Below are positions 50,352 through 59,498 of a stretch of DNA of 64,000 nt, piece by piece. Location: the NCBI GenBank assembly GCA_022749995.1, contig JAKIWO010000001.1, forward strand, positions 90,330 through 154,329. Direction: 5' to 3'. This DNA comes from Thermoplasmata archaeon. Its GTDB lineage: Archaea > Thermoplasmatota > Thermoplasmata > Lutacidiplasmatales > UBA184. Every line of letters begins with the position of its first letter. Position 1 is the first letter of the stretch. The position numbers and the translations under genes were made by a program. The notes below the pieces were generated by a model, which saw only the letters and a list, made by a program, of their open reading frames with translations, did not search any database and was not told where the DNA came from.

Positions 50352-50942
50352 CTATTTGAACCGGGACGGAGGAGGTCGGGAAACGCTCCGCCGAGAAGCC
50401 GTTTCACGGTGTACGGGTGCCGGAGGAGACGAGGGGGCGGCGATGGCACCAGGCACGTGTACTCGGGTGGGGGGCATCTCGGTCGTCGTCGGCGCCGGTA
50501 GCGCCGGCTCGATGTCGTGGCTGACCGCGGGCGTGTGGACCGCGTCGACCGCGGAGCGCGGACGGAGCCAGCGCAGCCCCCAGTCGCGGAGCTCCTTGGC
50601 GGCCGGCGCGAGGCCGAACCCCATCTCGGTGAGCGAGTAGGTGACGACGAACGGTTGCGTGCTCACGACCGTGCGCTGGACGACGCCGGCACCCTGGAGG
50701 AACTTGAGCGTGGCCGAGAGCGTCTTGGCGTTCAGGTGCGGGTTGGAGCGGAGGAGCTCACTGAACCGCTGCGGACCCTCGAGGAGCCGATGAATGATCG
50801 CGAGCCGCCACTCGGTGCCGATCACGCCGATCGCGGCGACGACCGGACACATCGAGCGGCTCTCCTCTGCGCACGGAACGCGACGGGAACCATCGGCGAC
50901 GGGACCGAGATGAGGCATCGAAGGGGATGGGGCAACGGGCAT
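50352..50942 (-). CDS. HxlR-family transcriptional regulator with a Pro/Ala-rich C-terminal tail
   Basis: CPVVAAIGVIGTEWRLAIIHRLLEGPQRFSELLRS.P.LNAKTLSATLK.L...GVV.R. Confidence 0.8.
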   Translation of the reverse strand: MPVAPSPSMPHLGPVADGSRRVPCAEESRSMCPVVAAIGVIGTEWRLAIIHRLLEGPQRFSELLRSNPHLNAKTLSATLKFLQGAGVVQRTVVSTQPFVVTYSLTEMGFGLAPAAKELRDWGLRWLRPRSAVDAVHTPAVSHDIEPALPAPTTTEMPPTRVHVPGAIAAPSSPPAPVHRETASRRSVSRPPPSRFK

Positions 50943-50980
50943 GGTCTTCCTCGGGTAGGCTAGGGAGCCGGGGCTATTAA

Positions 50981-51014
50981 AGTTACCCAAGGTAACTGGG
51001 TAACCGAAGGTAAC
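50981..51014. promoter_or_regulatory. GGTAAC-repeat operator candidate, including the 17-bp perfect palindrome AGTTACCCAAGGTAACT
   Basis: The palindrome spans 50981-50997. GGTAAC recurs at 50991, 50999 and 51009. The TATA-like CTATTAAAG lies immediately upstream, between the divergent hxlR and the 51084 ORF. Confidence 0.4.
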
Positions 51015-51083
51015 TCTAGGTCGAGTACACCGTCGTTCTGCGAGGGCGCAACGGCCTTCTCCCCGCCCCCGCTCGGACGACAG

Positions 51084-51686
51084 ATGGCCGAGCGGCCGAG
51101 GCCCTGGCGGGTGAGCGTCGAGCGGGATCTTGCCCTTCCCGGCGCGGCAATCCCGGAGCGGGTGCGCTTGAGCCGTGAGCTGCAACCGGACGCGGAGGGC
51201 CGTTGGGATCCGGAGACGGTGGGCCGGGAGATCGCTGAGCTGCGCTCCGCGCTGGACGCGGCGCTCCGATCCGCCCAACTCACGCCGAGCGCTCCGCGAG
51301 AGCGGTCCGTGGAAGAACTCCTCGAGACCTATCGGCCGCGCCAGGGGGAGCTCGTCGAGTTGCTCCGGGAGGACGGCGAGATCACCGAGACCGAGTACAC
51401 GCGCCTGCGCAGCCACCTCGCCGTGACCGAGCCCGGCGCGCCGGCGAGCGCCCCAGGTCACTCCCGGCCGGGGCCGGCGCCGAACCAACCGCTCGCGGCC
51501 GCGCCGCTCGAGCGGGACACCGCCCCGACGCACGCTCGGCCAGTGGAGGATCTGCTGCGCGCGTACGAGATTGCCTCGCTCAAGCAGGCGGGCGCGGTGC
51601 GCGCACGCCGCCAGATCTCCTACGACGAGTACATGTCGCTGAAGCGCCATTTCTCTCGCCCGGTCGAGCCTGCGGCGCCTCCGTAG
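51084..51686 (+). CDS. Hypothetical protein with an internal duplication
   Basis: RSVEELLETYRPRQGELVELLREDGEITETEYTRLRSHL is echoed by RPVEDLLRAYEIASLKQAGAVRARRQISYDEYMSLKRHF. Confidence 0.55.
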   Translation: MAERPRPWRVSVERDLALPGAAIPERVRLSRELQPDAEGRWDPETVGREIAELRSALDAALRSAQLTPSAPRERSVEELLETYRPRQGELVELLREDGEITETEYTRLRSHLAVTEPGAPASAPGHSRPGPAPNQPLAAAPLERDTAPTHARPVEDLLRAYEIASLKQAGAVRARRQISYDEYMSLKRHFSRPVEPAAPP

Positions 51687-51707
51687 GGTGACGCAGCCCG
51701 GCCGACG

Positions 51708-52973
51708 CTAGCGATCGGGAGCCGGTAGGAGCAGCACCGCCAGGAACCCCACGTCGGTGATTCCCTCGCGCATGGGAAGCGGGCTCGGTGCGGGCCGACC
51801 GGGTGCGAGCGATTGCAGGAACGCGCCGGCGCGCTCGGGCGTAGCGGCGCCGGCACTCGGCAGCAGCGCGACGACCGCTTCGCGCCAGGGCAGCGCCCGG
51901 TAGGCGGCATCGAGAAAGGCCGAGGCCGCGCCGGCCGGCGGCGCGCCCTCGACGCCGCCCAGCGTGACCCCCGCGAACACGGCAAGCCCCGCCGAGCTCC
52001 CGGAGCCGCGTCCGCCGCTCCGGGGCAGCCGGCCGCCCAGCGCGCGCAACTCCTCTTCGCTCCGGCGCACGAGCAGCTGAGCGGCCTCCTCCGGCGGACG
52101 GTCCGTGGTGAGGATGCCCAGCCGGGTGATCCACCGGCGATCGACCAGCGCATCGCCAGCCGAGCGAATGGCGTCGGCCGGCGAGGCGACCACGACCGGA
52201 CGGGAGAGCGCCGGTACCGGCCTAGCCAACGGCTCCGGCGCGGGGGTTCGAAGACTTTCCGGAAGTCCCGGTAAGGTCGAAAGCTCGGCACGGAGCTGAA
52301 GCCGTTCGGCAGGGTCCGGGCGGAGGGTCGGGGCACCGCCGATGCTCGCCCCGCCCGAGCCGTCCTCCACGACCAGGGTCTCGAGCCGCGCGGAGGTGAC
52401 GGCCGCGAGCCGCCCGCCGGTCGCTCCGCGCCCAGCGACTCGGGCGAGTCGGCTCGCGAGGGCCGGGCCGTGCTCGCGTGCGAGGCGTTCCAGGAGCCGG
52501 CCCCAGGCCGGGCCATCGAGCCCCTCCGGCGGGAGCGAGAGCGCGCCGAGGGCGCCCGGGCTCAACAGCACGACGAGCAGGTCCGACTCCCCCAGATCGC
52601 CCGCGAGCTCGAGCACCGCGTGGGCGCTCTCGGCGCCGGCGGCCGAACCGGGGAGCGCGCTCGGGAGCCGGACCGACCGGAACGGCACGCTCTCCGGCAG
52701 CGCCACGGGCCCCGCGACGAAGCCCTGCGTGAGCCGCTCCCCGAGCGACTCGCTGGCCGCGAGGGCGAGCGAGGCGGAGGCATTGCCCAGGGCGAGGAAC
52801 GCGATCTCGCGCACCCGCGAGGCCGGGAGGAACCGGTTGCCCACCCGCAGTATCCCACGGTCGATCCGCAGCGCCGAGCGCACCGCCCGGTACGCGTCGG
52901 CCCCCGTGACCGCGGCGCGGTAGCCCGCGGCCAGGATCAACCCAGGGTTCCACTCCGGGCGTTCCTCGGGCAC
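51708..52973 (-). CDS. Glycerate kinase (DUF4147 + MOFRL)-like protein with substituted signature motifs
   Basis: It is collinear with the remembered glycerate 2-kinase motifs, but GKAA becomes LGNASA, SGGGSAL becomes SPGALGAL, KGG becomes TGG and SDV becomes EDG. The start (GTG at 52973) is uncertain. Confidence 0.6.
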   Translation of the reverse strand: MPEERPEWNPGLILAAGYRAAVTGADAYRAVRSALRIDRGILRVGNRFLPASRVREIAFLALGNASASLALAASESLGERLTQGFVAGPVALPESVPFRSVRLPSALPGSAAGAESAHAVLELAGDLGESDLLVVLLSPGALGALSLPPEGLDGPAWGRLLERLAREHGPALASRLARVAGRGATGGRLAAVTSARLETLVVEDGSGGASIGGAPTLRPDPAERLQLRAELSTLPGLPESLRTPAPEPLARPVPALSRPVVVASPADAIRSAGDALVDRRWITRLGILTTDRPPEEAAQLLVRRSEEELRALGGRLPRSGGRGSGSSAGLAVFAGVTLGGVEGAPPAGAASAFLDAAYRALPWREAVVALLPSAGAATPERAGAFLQSLAPGRPAPSPLPMREGITDVGFLAVLLLPAPDR

Positions 52974-53072
52974 GGGCCGCTCGAGGCCGGTCGGCGCATA
53001 GCCGTTATGCGAGCGTGGCGGCCGGCGGGGCAAGCCGCTTAACTCCGGCCCCGTCCCTGCCACCGGTCGACG

Positions 53073-53930
53073 ATGCCGAACCGCTCCCGTACCCGTCGGC
53101 CCCGAGTCGCGGCCCACCGCGGGGGTACGGCGCCGGTCGGCGACCCTCACGCGCGCGTGCACGTGGCCGCAGTCGGGTTCGAGGTGGAGCGGGTGGTCGA
53201 ACCGCTGCTCACCGAGCGGGCCGACCGGGTCTACCTGCTGACCCGCCGCACCGAGGATGCCGCACGTCCGTTCCTGGAGGAGGTGCTGCGGCGGCTCGAG
53301 CGCGCGCCGTGGCCGGTGGAAGTGCGTGTGGTGCGCACCGAGATCTGGGACGTCTTCGGCGCCCTTGCCGAGCTGCGCGCCATCTTCACGGCCGAGCGCC
53401 GGGTCGACCGGAACGCCGGCGACGTGCTGCCGATCCGCGTGAACGTCTCTACCGGCACCAAGATCACCGCGATCGCCGGGACGCTCGCCTGCATGCTCTG
53501 GAAGGGGGAGCCGTACTACGTGCAGGTCTCCCAGAGCTGGTACTCTCGTCGCACGCCCCGCGTGCAGCCGGTGAACGACGTCGTGCGTCGGATCGAGCCC
53601 GTAGCGGTCTACGAGTTGCGCTCGCCCTCGCGTGAGCTGGTCGAGGTGCTGGAAGCGCTCGAGCGCCACGGCGGCCGGTTGCGCAAACGCGAGCTGATCC
53701 GGGAGCTGGGCCTCGACCGACCGGGCGAGGGCGCCTCCGGTCCCCCGTCCCCCCAAGCGCAGCACAGCCGGCTACGCAACCGGCTCGAGCCGCTCGAACA
53801 TCGCTGGCGATTCATTGCGGCGGAGCCGACCGGTGCGCGGGGACGGGTGGCGATCACCGAGCAGGGCCGGCTCGCGCTCACGCTCTTTGGCGAGTCGGGA
53901 CGGGGCGTCCGGCCGGCGGCCGCAGAGTAA
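53073..53930 (+). CDS. CARF/Csa3-like Rossmann domain plus C-terminal wHTH regulator (HFX_2341-like)
   Basis: VHVAAVGFEVERVVEPLL..ADRVYLL and VNVSTGTKITAIAGTLACML form a CARF-like core. The wHTH is VEVLEALERHGGRLRKRELIRELG ... GRVAITEQGRLAL. The alternative start is the GTG at 53157. Confidence 0.55.
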   Translation: MPNRSRTRRPRVAAHRGGTAPVGDPHARVHVAAVGFEVERVVEPLLTERADRVYLLTRRTEDAARPFLEEVLRRLERAPWPVEVRVVRTEIWDVFGALAELRAIFTAERRVDRNAGDVLPIRVNVSTGTKITAIAGTLACMLWKGEPYYVQVSQSWYSRRTPRVQPVNDVVRRIEPVAVYELRSPSRELVEVLEALERHGGRLRKRELIRELGLDRPGEGASGPPSPQAQHSRLRNRLEPLEHRWRFIAAEPTGARGRVAITEQGRLALTLFGESGRGVRPAAAE

Positions 53931-54195
53931 CCTATTAAACGGATTTAACGTGAATATGGCTAAGTAGCCCGCCTCCCGTGGTGTCCTCGTGACGTCGCGG
54001 GACGGCCGGGCCAGTACGGTGCTGGACCGGACGCGAGCGGTCGGGCGCCGGTGCACTAGGCGGTCTTCGGACCGCGGCCAACGCGCTCGCCTGCTCCGCG
54101 GCCCACCCTGGCCGGCCCGGTACGCGCCGTCCGGGGGAGCCCTCCGCCCCGCCGCGTCGTCAACGGCATAGCCCGGGAGTCGCTCCGCTCCTGCG

Positions 54196-54672
54196 GTGGA
54201 GCTGCGTTCCTTTCGCACGAACCTCTCGCTGCTGCGCCAGGGCGTTGTGATCGGCTGGGCGTTCGGCGGCCGCTCGCTCGCCGGGCTCGTCCGGACCGCC
54301 GAGCTGCTCCAGTCCAACATGCTCGAACCTGGCTCCTTCTTCGCGGCGCCGGACGGCCTGCGCTTCCAGATCCGCAACCCGCCCTTGCGGGTCGGCGCCT
54401 TCCGATCGCTCGCCGCGCGCGTCGACGGCCGCACCCTACCTCCCGACCACGCGTTCATCGACGTCGGTTGCTCCGGCCCGGAGCGGAGCTTTGCGAGCGT
54501 GGTGGCCGGGGCGCCGGTGGCACTGCCGATGGGCATTCGCCACGGGCTTCGACTTTGCGCCGTCACCCCGTTCGGCCCGGGGGAACACACGGTTCGGCTC
54601 GAGCTGCGCAGCGTGGCGATTCCCCTCACCTCCTGGCTCGAGTTCACCGAGCGGTTCGAGCGTCCGGCGTGA
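54196..54672 (+). CDS. Hypothetical protein, translationally coupled to the GDE-like gene
   Basis: A 158-aa ORF with a GTG start. Its stop overlaps a possible GTG start of the next gene (GTGA). No motif was recognised. Confidence 0.5.
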   Translation: MELRSFRTNLSLLRQGVVIGWAFGGRSLAGLVRTAELLQSNMLEPGSFFAAPDGLRFQIRNPPLRVGAFRSLAARVDGRTLPPDHAFIDVGCSGPERSFASVVAGAPVALPMGIRHGLRLCAVTPFGPGEHTVRLELRSVAIPLTSWLEFTERFERPA

Positions 54673-54674
54673 CG

Positions 54675-56888
54675 ATGGGCACCTCATCGCCGGCGGCGAG
54701 GCCACGGGAGGCGCCGCTGTGGGTGGCGAGCCGTGCCGAGCCCGAGCAGCCGGTGCTGCTCGCCGGGCCCCGATCGGCGGCCGTGCTCTCCGGCGCGGGC
54801 GAGTTCCACTGGCTCCGGGAGTGTCGTGGGGAGAGGACCGAATGCGCCGAGGTGACGGCGGTCGGCCTCCGGCTCGTCAGCCGTTGGACGGTCCGATTCG
54901 GTACCGGCACACCGCTCACGCCGCTCGAGAGCTCGCTGCGGGCGCTCACGGTACGACGCGGCGTGCTCGAGAGCCGGCACGAAGCGGACGGGGTTCGGCT
55001 CGAACAGCGCGTCTACCCGGTGGGGGAACCGCCGGGGGTGGCGCGCGAGTTCCGGCTGCAGGCCGAGGAGCGCAGCCCGGCGCACGCGCGGCTCGAATGC
55101 TCGCTGCGCCCGTTCCTCGCCCCGATCCTGCTCGAGGGAGTGAAGCCGTACGAGTACGCGTTCGCACTCTCCGCCCGCGGGCTCCGGGTCGAGAGCTCGG
55201 GCTTCGGACTGCGACTGGAATCCGAGCCGGAAGCGGCGCGCTGGTTCCGGGACGGGGCGGCGTGGGACGGCCGGCCGGCGAGCGGCGAACTCGGGGAGAT
55301 GGGGGCGCGCTGGGCGCTGGAGATCCCTGCGGGAGGATCGGCCTCGGTCCGGATGTGTCTGTGGGGGGGTGCCGAGCGGGCCGTGCGGCTCGGCTCGGGT
55401 CCGGCCCGGGTTCCGATCCCCTGGGACGCCGGCGCCGCCTCGGAGGCGTACTATGCACAGTGGTTGGCGAGCACGCCGGAGCTTGCGCTGCCCGACGCCC
55501 CGGCGCTGGAGGCCGGCTATCGGCTCGCCCGCTCGGCCCTGCGGGCCCTGTACTACGCGCCCGAGCGCGGATGCACCGGAGTCCGGGCGGGGGTTCCCTG
55601 GTACGCCGCGCTGTGGTGCCGGGACCTGGCGTGGGCGCTCCCGGCCATCCTGTGGATGGGGGACCTCGCGTGGGCCGAGGAGTCGCTCCGGTGCGTCTAC
55701 GGCTACCAGGCTCCTGCCCGCATCCCGCTGCTGGGAGCGGAGGCCGGCGAGTTGCCGATGCAGGTAGCGCCCGGACCGGTCTTCCTGTTCGGCACCTCGG
55801 ACACCAGCCTGTACTACCCGGCGCTGCTCGCGAGGCAGGTCGCGCACTCGGGGTCGACCCAGCTGCTCGCCGACCTGGGGGACGCGCTCGAACTGACCCG
55901 CCAGTACCTGCTCGGTCGCCAGGACCCCCGCACCGGACTGTTCCGTCACGGAGGGGAGGTGGCCGCCCTCGAGGAGGCCACCGAGGGACTCTCTCGAGTC
56001 CGGTTCGGGATCGACGCGACGGACACCACCATCTGGGACTCGGCCGACCGCCGGGACTCCGCGATCGACATCCAGGTGTTGGGCGTGGCGGCCTGGCGCG
56101 CCCTCGCTGAGCTCGAGGCCCACGCCGGCCGCCGGAGCGAGGCTTCCGACGCCCGAGCGCGGGCCGGGGCGCTCGCGGCCCGTCTCGAGCCGACCTACGG
56201 CTGGTCCGAAGAGAGCTACCTCGCCGATTCGATCCGAGGCGGCGTACCCGTGCGCCAGCTCCGGCCGAACGCGCTGCTCGCGGTCTCCGCCGGTCTGCTG
56301 AGGCCCGAGCTCGCGCGCCGGATGGTGCACCGGGCGGCCCAGCCGGACCTGTCCACCCCGTGGGGAGTGCGGACGCTCTCGAGCCGGGACGCCGAGTACG
56401 ACCCGCTCGCCTACCATGGTGGGCAGGTCTGGCCGCTCGCCACGGGCTGGGCGGCGGAGGCCGCGTTCGCCGCCGGGGAGGAGGAGCTCGCCCTCGGGTA
56501 CCTCGAGCGGCTCGCCCAGACCCTGATCGAGGAGCGAGGGTATGCCAATGAGTGCTACCGGGGCGACCGGTCCGAACCGTGGAACTCCTGCTTCCTGCTG
56601 GGCTTCTCCGTCGCTCCGTTCCTCACGGTACTGTTCGAGCGGCTCTGGGGCGTGCGTCCTCGGCTCGGTGAGGGCCGCGTCGAGCTCGCGCCGCAGCTGC
56701 CCCGGCGCTGGGAGCACGGTGCGCTCCGGGGGATCCGGCTCGGCGGCGGGCGACTGGACCTCGAGTTCGACGCGCGGCGATATCGAGCGAGCTACGCCGG
56801 CACGGCGCCGCTCACCCTCGTCGGTCCGGGCGGGGAGCGCTCCGCCACCGGCCCGTCGGTGAGCCTCGAGCTGCTGCGTTCCCGCTAG
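54675..56888 (+). CDS. Glycogen-debranching-enzyme-like amylo-alpha-1,6-glucosidase (GDE_C family)
   Basis: GVPWYAALWCRDLAW, GTSDTSLYY and YHGGQVWPLATGW form an (alpha/alpha)6-barrel GDE_C-type pattern. The alternative start is the GTG at 54669. Confidence 0.8.
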   Translation: MGTSSPAARPREAPLWVASRAEPEQPVLLAGPRSAAVLSGAGEFHWLRECRGERTECAEVTAVGLRLVSRWTVRFGTGTPLTPLESSLRALTVRRGVLESRHEADGVRLEQRVYPVGEPPGVAREFRLQAEERSPAHARLECSLRPFLAPILLEGVKPYEYAFALSARGLRVESSGFGLRLESEPEAARWFRDGAAWDGRPASGELGEMGARWALEIPAGGSASVRMCLWGGAERAVRLGSGPARVPIPWDAGAASEAYYAQWLASTPELALPDAPALEAGYRLARSALRALYYAPERGCTGVRAGVPWYAALWCRDLAWALPAILWMGDLAWAEESLRCVYGYQAPARIPLLGAEAGELPMQVAPGPVFLFGTSDTSLYYPALLARQVAHSGSTQLLADLGDALELTRQYLLGRQDPRTGLFRHGGEVAALEEATEGLSRVRFGIDATDTTIWDSADRRDSAIDIQVLGVAAWRALAELEAHAGRRSEASDARARAGALAARLEPTYGWSEESYLADSIRGGVPVRQLRPNALLAVSAGLLRPELARRMVHRAAQPDLSTPWGVRTLSSRDAEYDPLAYHGGQVWPLATGWAAEAAFAAGEEELALGYLERLAQTLIEERGYANECYRGDRSEPWNSCFLLGFSVAPFLTVLFERLWGVRPRLGEGRVELAPQLPRRWEHGALRGIRLGGGRLDLEFDARRYRASYAGTAPLTLVGPGGERSATGPSVSLELLRSR

Positions 56889-56921
56889 AGGTCTTAAGGC
56901 CAAGCGGCTCGCCGGTCGCCG

Positions 56922-57851
56922 ATGCCGGACGCCATCTGCGTGGAGGGGCTCGCGAAGCGGTACGGCACCCTCCGTGCCGTCGATGGCGTGAGCTTCACGG
57001 TGCCCGAGGGACGGGTGTTCGCCTTCCTGGGCCCGAACGGCGCCGGCAAGACCACGACGGTGGAGATTCTGGAGGGGCTGCGCAACCGCAGCGCCGGTTC
57101 GGTCCAAGTGCTCGGGCTCGACCCGTGGAAGGACGGTCCGGAACTGCACGAGCAGATCGGTGTGATCCCGCAGGAGTTCCGGTTCTTCGACAAGATCCAT
57201 CCTCGCGAGGCGGTCGTGTACTACGCGCGGCTGTTCGGCTCGACCGTCGACCCGCTGGCCATCCTCCGGCGGGTCTACCTCGAGAAGAAGGCCGACGCAC
57301 GCTTCGACACCCTCTCCGGCGGGCAGAAGCAGAAGCTGGGCCTCGCCCTCTCCCTCGTCAACAACCCGCGGGTGCTGTTCCTCGACGAACCGACCACGGG
57401 GCTCGACCCCCAGGCCCGCCGGGGGATCTGGGAGGTGATCCGTGCGCTCCGGGCCGAGGGCCGCACGGTGTTCCTCACGACGCACTATCTCGAGGAGGCC
57501 TCGCTGCTCGCCGACCAGGTGGCGATCATCCACCGCGGCCAGATCATCTCCTCCGGAACCCCCGAGCAGATCATCGCCGCCCACGGCCGGCCCGACCGGC
57601 TGCGGTTCGAGGCGGGACCGGAGGTGGCCCGGTATCTCTCCGGGAAGCTGCCGTTCGCCGTCACGAACGAGCCGCCGTACGTCGACGTGGAGCTCCGGCG
57701 CAAGCAGGACGCGCTGCAGGTGCTCACGGTGCTCGAGGCGAGCCAGCTCGGCTGGGACCACCTGTCGGTCGCGCGGGACACCCTCGAGGATGTGTTCGTC
57801 CGTCTGGTGGGGCGGATGGACGACGGCGTGATCAAGTCGGAGGCGTCGTGA
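56922..57851 (+). CDS. ABC transporter ATP-binding protein (ABC-2/DrrA type)
   Basis: Walker [10 protein letters not shown], signature LSGGQKQKL, Walker B VLFLDEPT. Confidence 0.9.
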   Translation: MPDAICVEGLAKRYGTLRAVDGVSFTVPEGRVFAFLGPNGAGKTTTVEILEGLRNRSAGSVQVLGLDPWKDGPELHEQIGVIPQEFRFFDKIHPREAVVYYARLFGSTVDPLAILRRVYLEKKADARFDTLSGGQKQKLGLALSLVNNPRVLFLDEPTTGLDPQARRGIWEVIRALRAEGRTVFLTTHYLEEASLLADQVAIIHRGQIISSGTPEQIIAAHGRPDRLRFEAGPEVARYLSGKLPFAVTNEPPYVDVELRRKQDALQVLTVLEASQLGWDHLSVARDTLEDVFVRLVGRMDDGVIKSEAS

Positions 57852-58948
57852 AGCTCCGTCGCATCGCCGCGGACCTGCCGATCGTCAGCCGGCAGTTCAC
57901 GCGCAACCCGATCGGGTTGTTCTTCTCCCTGGTGTTCCCGATCATCCTGATCGGGCTGTTCGGCCTCATCTTCCAGAACACCGGCAACAACTCGGTGAAC
58001 CTGCCCGTCCTCTTGCTCGACCACTCCAACGAGAGCAGCTCCTTCCTCGACGCGCTCAACGCCACGGGACTCGTCAACGTCCAGATCTGGAACAACGTGA
58101 GCGCGTCGGAGTTCTCGAGCAAGCTCTACGCCGCCGAAGCTCCCGTCGGTCTCGTCATCCCTCCCGGGTTTGGCGCCGGCGTCGCCGCCCATACCTCGAT
58201 CAACGTGACCCTGTACACGGACCCGGGGAATCCGGCCGCCTCCGGCACCGTCTACGCGGCGGTGAACTCGGCGGTCACGCAGCTCAACTTCCGCGCGGCC
58301 GGCGCCCACCCCGTGATCGGCGTGCACGCGCTCACCGTCGGCAGCAAGTCGTTCGCGTACATCGACTACCTGATCCCGGGCCTGATCGGCTTTGCGATCC
58401 TGACGAGCCCGATGTTCTCGATGGTCGAGCTCGTCTCGACCTACCGGAAGGACGGCTTCTTCCGGCAGCTCTCGCTCACGCCGCTCACGCGGGCCGAGTG
58501 GCTCTCCTCCCGCATCCTGTGGTACATCGGGCTCACCTTGGTCTCCGCGGCGCTGATGCTGCTGGTCGGGATCGAGGGGTTCGGCGCGAAGGTCAACATC
58601 CCGCTCGCCATGCTGCCGTTCCTGTTCGTCGGGCCGTTCCTCTTCGTCTCGCTCGGCATGCTCGCCGGTTCGGTGGCCAAGAGCCCGGAGACCGCCGCGG
58701 TGATCGGGAACGTGGTCACCTTCCCGATGATGTTCCTCTCGGGGACGTTCTTCCCCACGTCGACCTTCAGCCCCCCGCTGCTGGCCATCGCCAAGGTGCT
58801 GCCGCTGTACTACGTCATCGACGGGCTCAATTCGGTGATGCTGTTCGGCAACAGCACCCGTGCGCTCACCGACTTCGGCATCGTGCTGGTCATCTCCGTC
58901 GTGATCTTCCTGGCCGCGATCGTGACCTTCAAGTGGAGGGAGGAGTGA
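57848..58948 (+). CDS. ABC-2 type transporter permease
   Basis: An N-terminal TM segment, a roughly 150-aa extracytoplasmic loop, then 5 TM segments. The GTG at 57848 overlaps the ATPase stop. Confidence 0.85.
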   Translation: MKLRRIAADLPIVSRQFTRNPIGLFFSLVFPIILIGLFGLIFQNTGNNSVNLPVLLLDHSNESSSFLDALNATGLVNVQIWNNVSASEFSSKLYAAEAPVGLVIPPGFGAGVAAHTSINVTLYTDPGNPAASGTVYAAVNSAVTQLNFRAAGAHPVIGVHALTVGSKSFAYIDYLIPGLIGFAILTSPMFSMVELVSTYRKDGFFRQLSLTPLTRAEWLSSRILWYIGLTLVSAALMLLVGIEGFGAKVNIPLAMLPFLFVGPFLFVSLGMLAGSVAKSPETAAVIGNVVTFPMMFLSGTFFPTSTFSPPLLAIAKVLPLYYVIDGLNSVMLFGNSTRALTDFGIVLVISVVIFLAAIVTFKWREE

Positions 58949-59460
58949 GCGCCGAGCCGGCCCGGTTCCGCGCTTGGATGGGCCGGTGGCCCACGGGCGT
59001 CAGCATCGTGACGGCCGCGGAGGCCGGGCGTCGCCACGGGCTCACCGTCAACGCGTTCCTCTCCGTCGCGCTCTCGCCACCGACCGTGCTCGTCTCGCTG
59101 TCTCGGGACACCGACACGGAGCCGGTGATCGCGCGCACCGGCCGGTTCGCGGTGAACCTGCTGGCCTATGACCAGCGCCCGCTCTCCGAGCGGTTTGCCC
59201 GCCAGGTGCCGCCCGAGGAGAAGTTCGAGGGGCTGCCGATCCGCGAGGGACGTCTCGGGATTCCCCTCCTCGAAGGTACCCTGGGGAGCCTCGAATGCAC
59301 CCTGGCCCAGAGCTTCACCTCCGGCGACCACCAGCTGCTGCTCGGCACGGTCGAGCAGATCGTGGAGGGACGGGAGGCTCCGCCGCTCCTGTTTTACCGC
59401 AGCCACTACGGCGAGAGCGACCCGGCCGGGCGGCTCACGCTGGCCGGCGCGCCACCGTAG
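58945..59460 (+). CDS. Flavin reductase domain protein (HpaC/NADH:FMN oxidoreductase-like)
   Basis: FR..MGRWPTGVSIVT......HGLTVNAF.SV.L.PP.VLVSL ... GDH.LLLG.V. Confidence 0.85.
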   Translation: MSAEPARFRAWMGRWPTGVSIVTAAEAGRRHGLTVNAFLSVALSPPTVLVSLSRDTDTEPVIARTGRFAVNLLAYDQRPLSERFARQVPPEEKFEGLPIREGRLGIPLLEGTLGSLECTLAQSFTSGDHQLLLGTVEQIVEGREAPPLLFYRSHYGESDPAGRLTLAGAPP

Positions 59461-59498
59461 GCCGAAGGGTTATCCCGCACTCCCCGGTGCATCGCACG

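Noticed and set aside
53931-54195. The 265-bp gap after the CARF-like gene, beginning with the A+T-rich CCTATTAAACGGATTTAACGTGAATATGGCTAAG, as a possible ncRNA or riboswitch
   Set aside because: I could not draw a convincing conserved structure or match a known family by eye. It most likely contains the promoter and leader of the 54196 ORF. It could be revisited with Infernal.
54684-57761. 1025-aa minus-strand ORF
   Set aside because: It is antisense to the well-supported GDE-like and ABC ATPase genes. The translation is Arg/Gly/Pro-rich with no motifs, a typical high-G+C shadow ORF.
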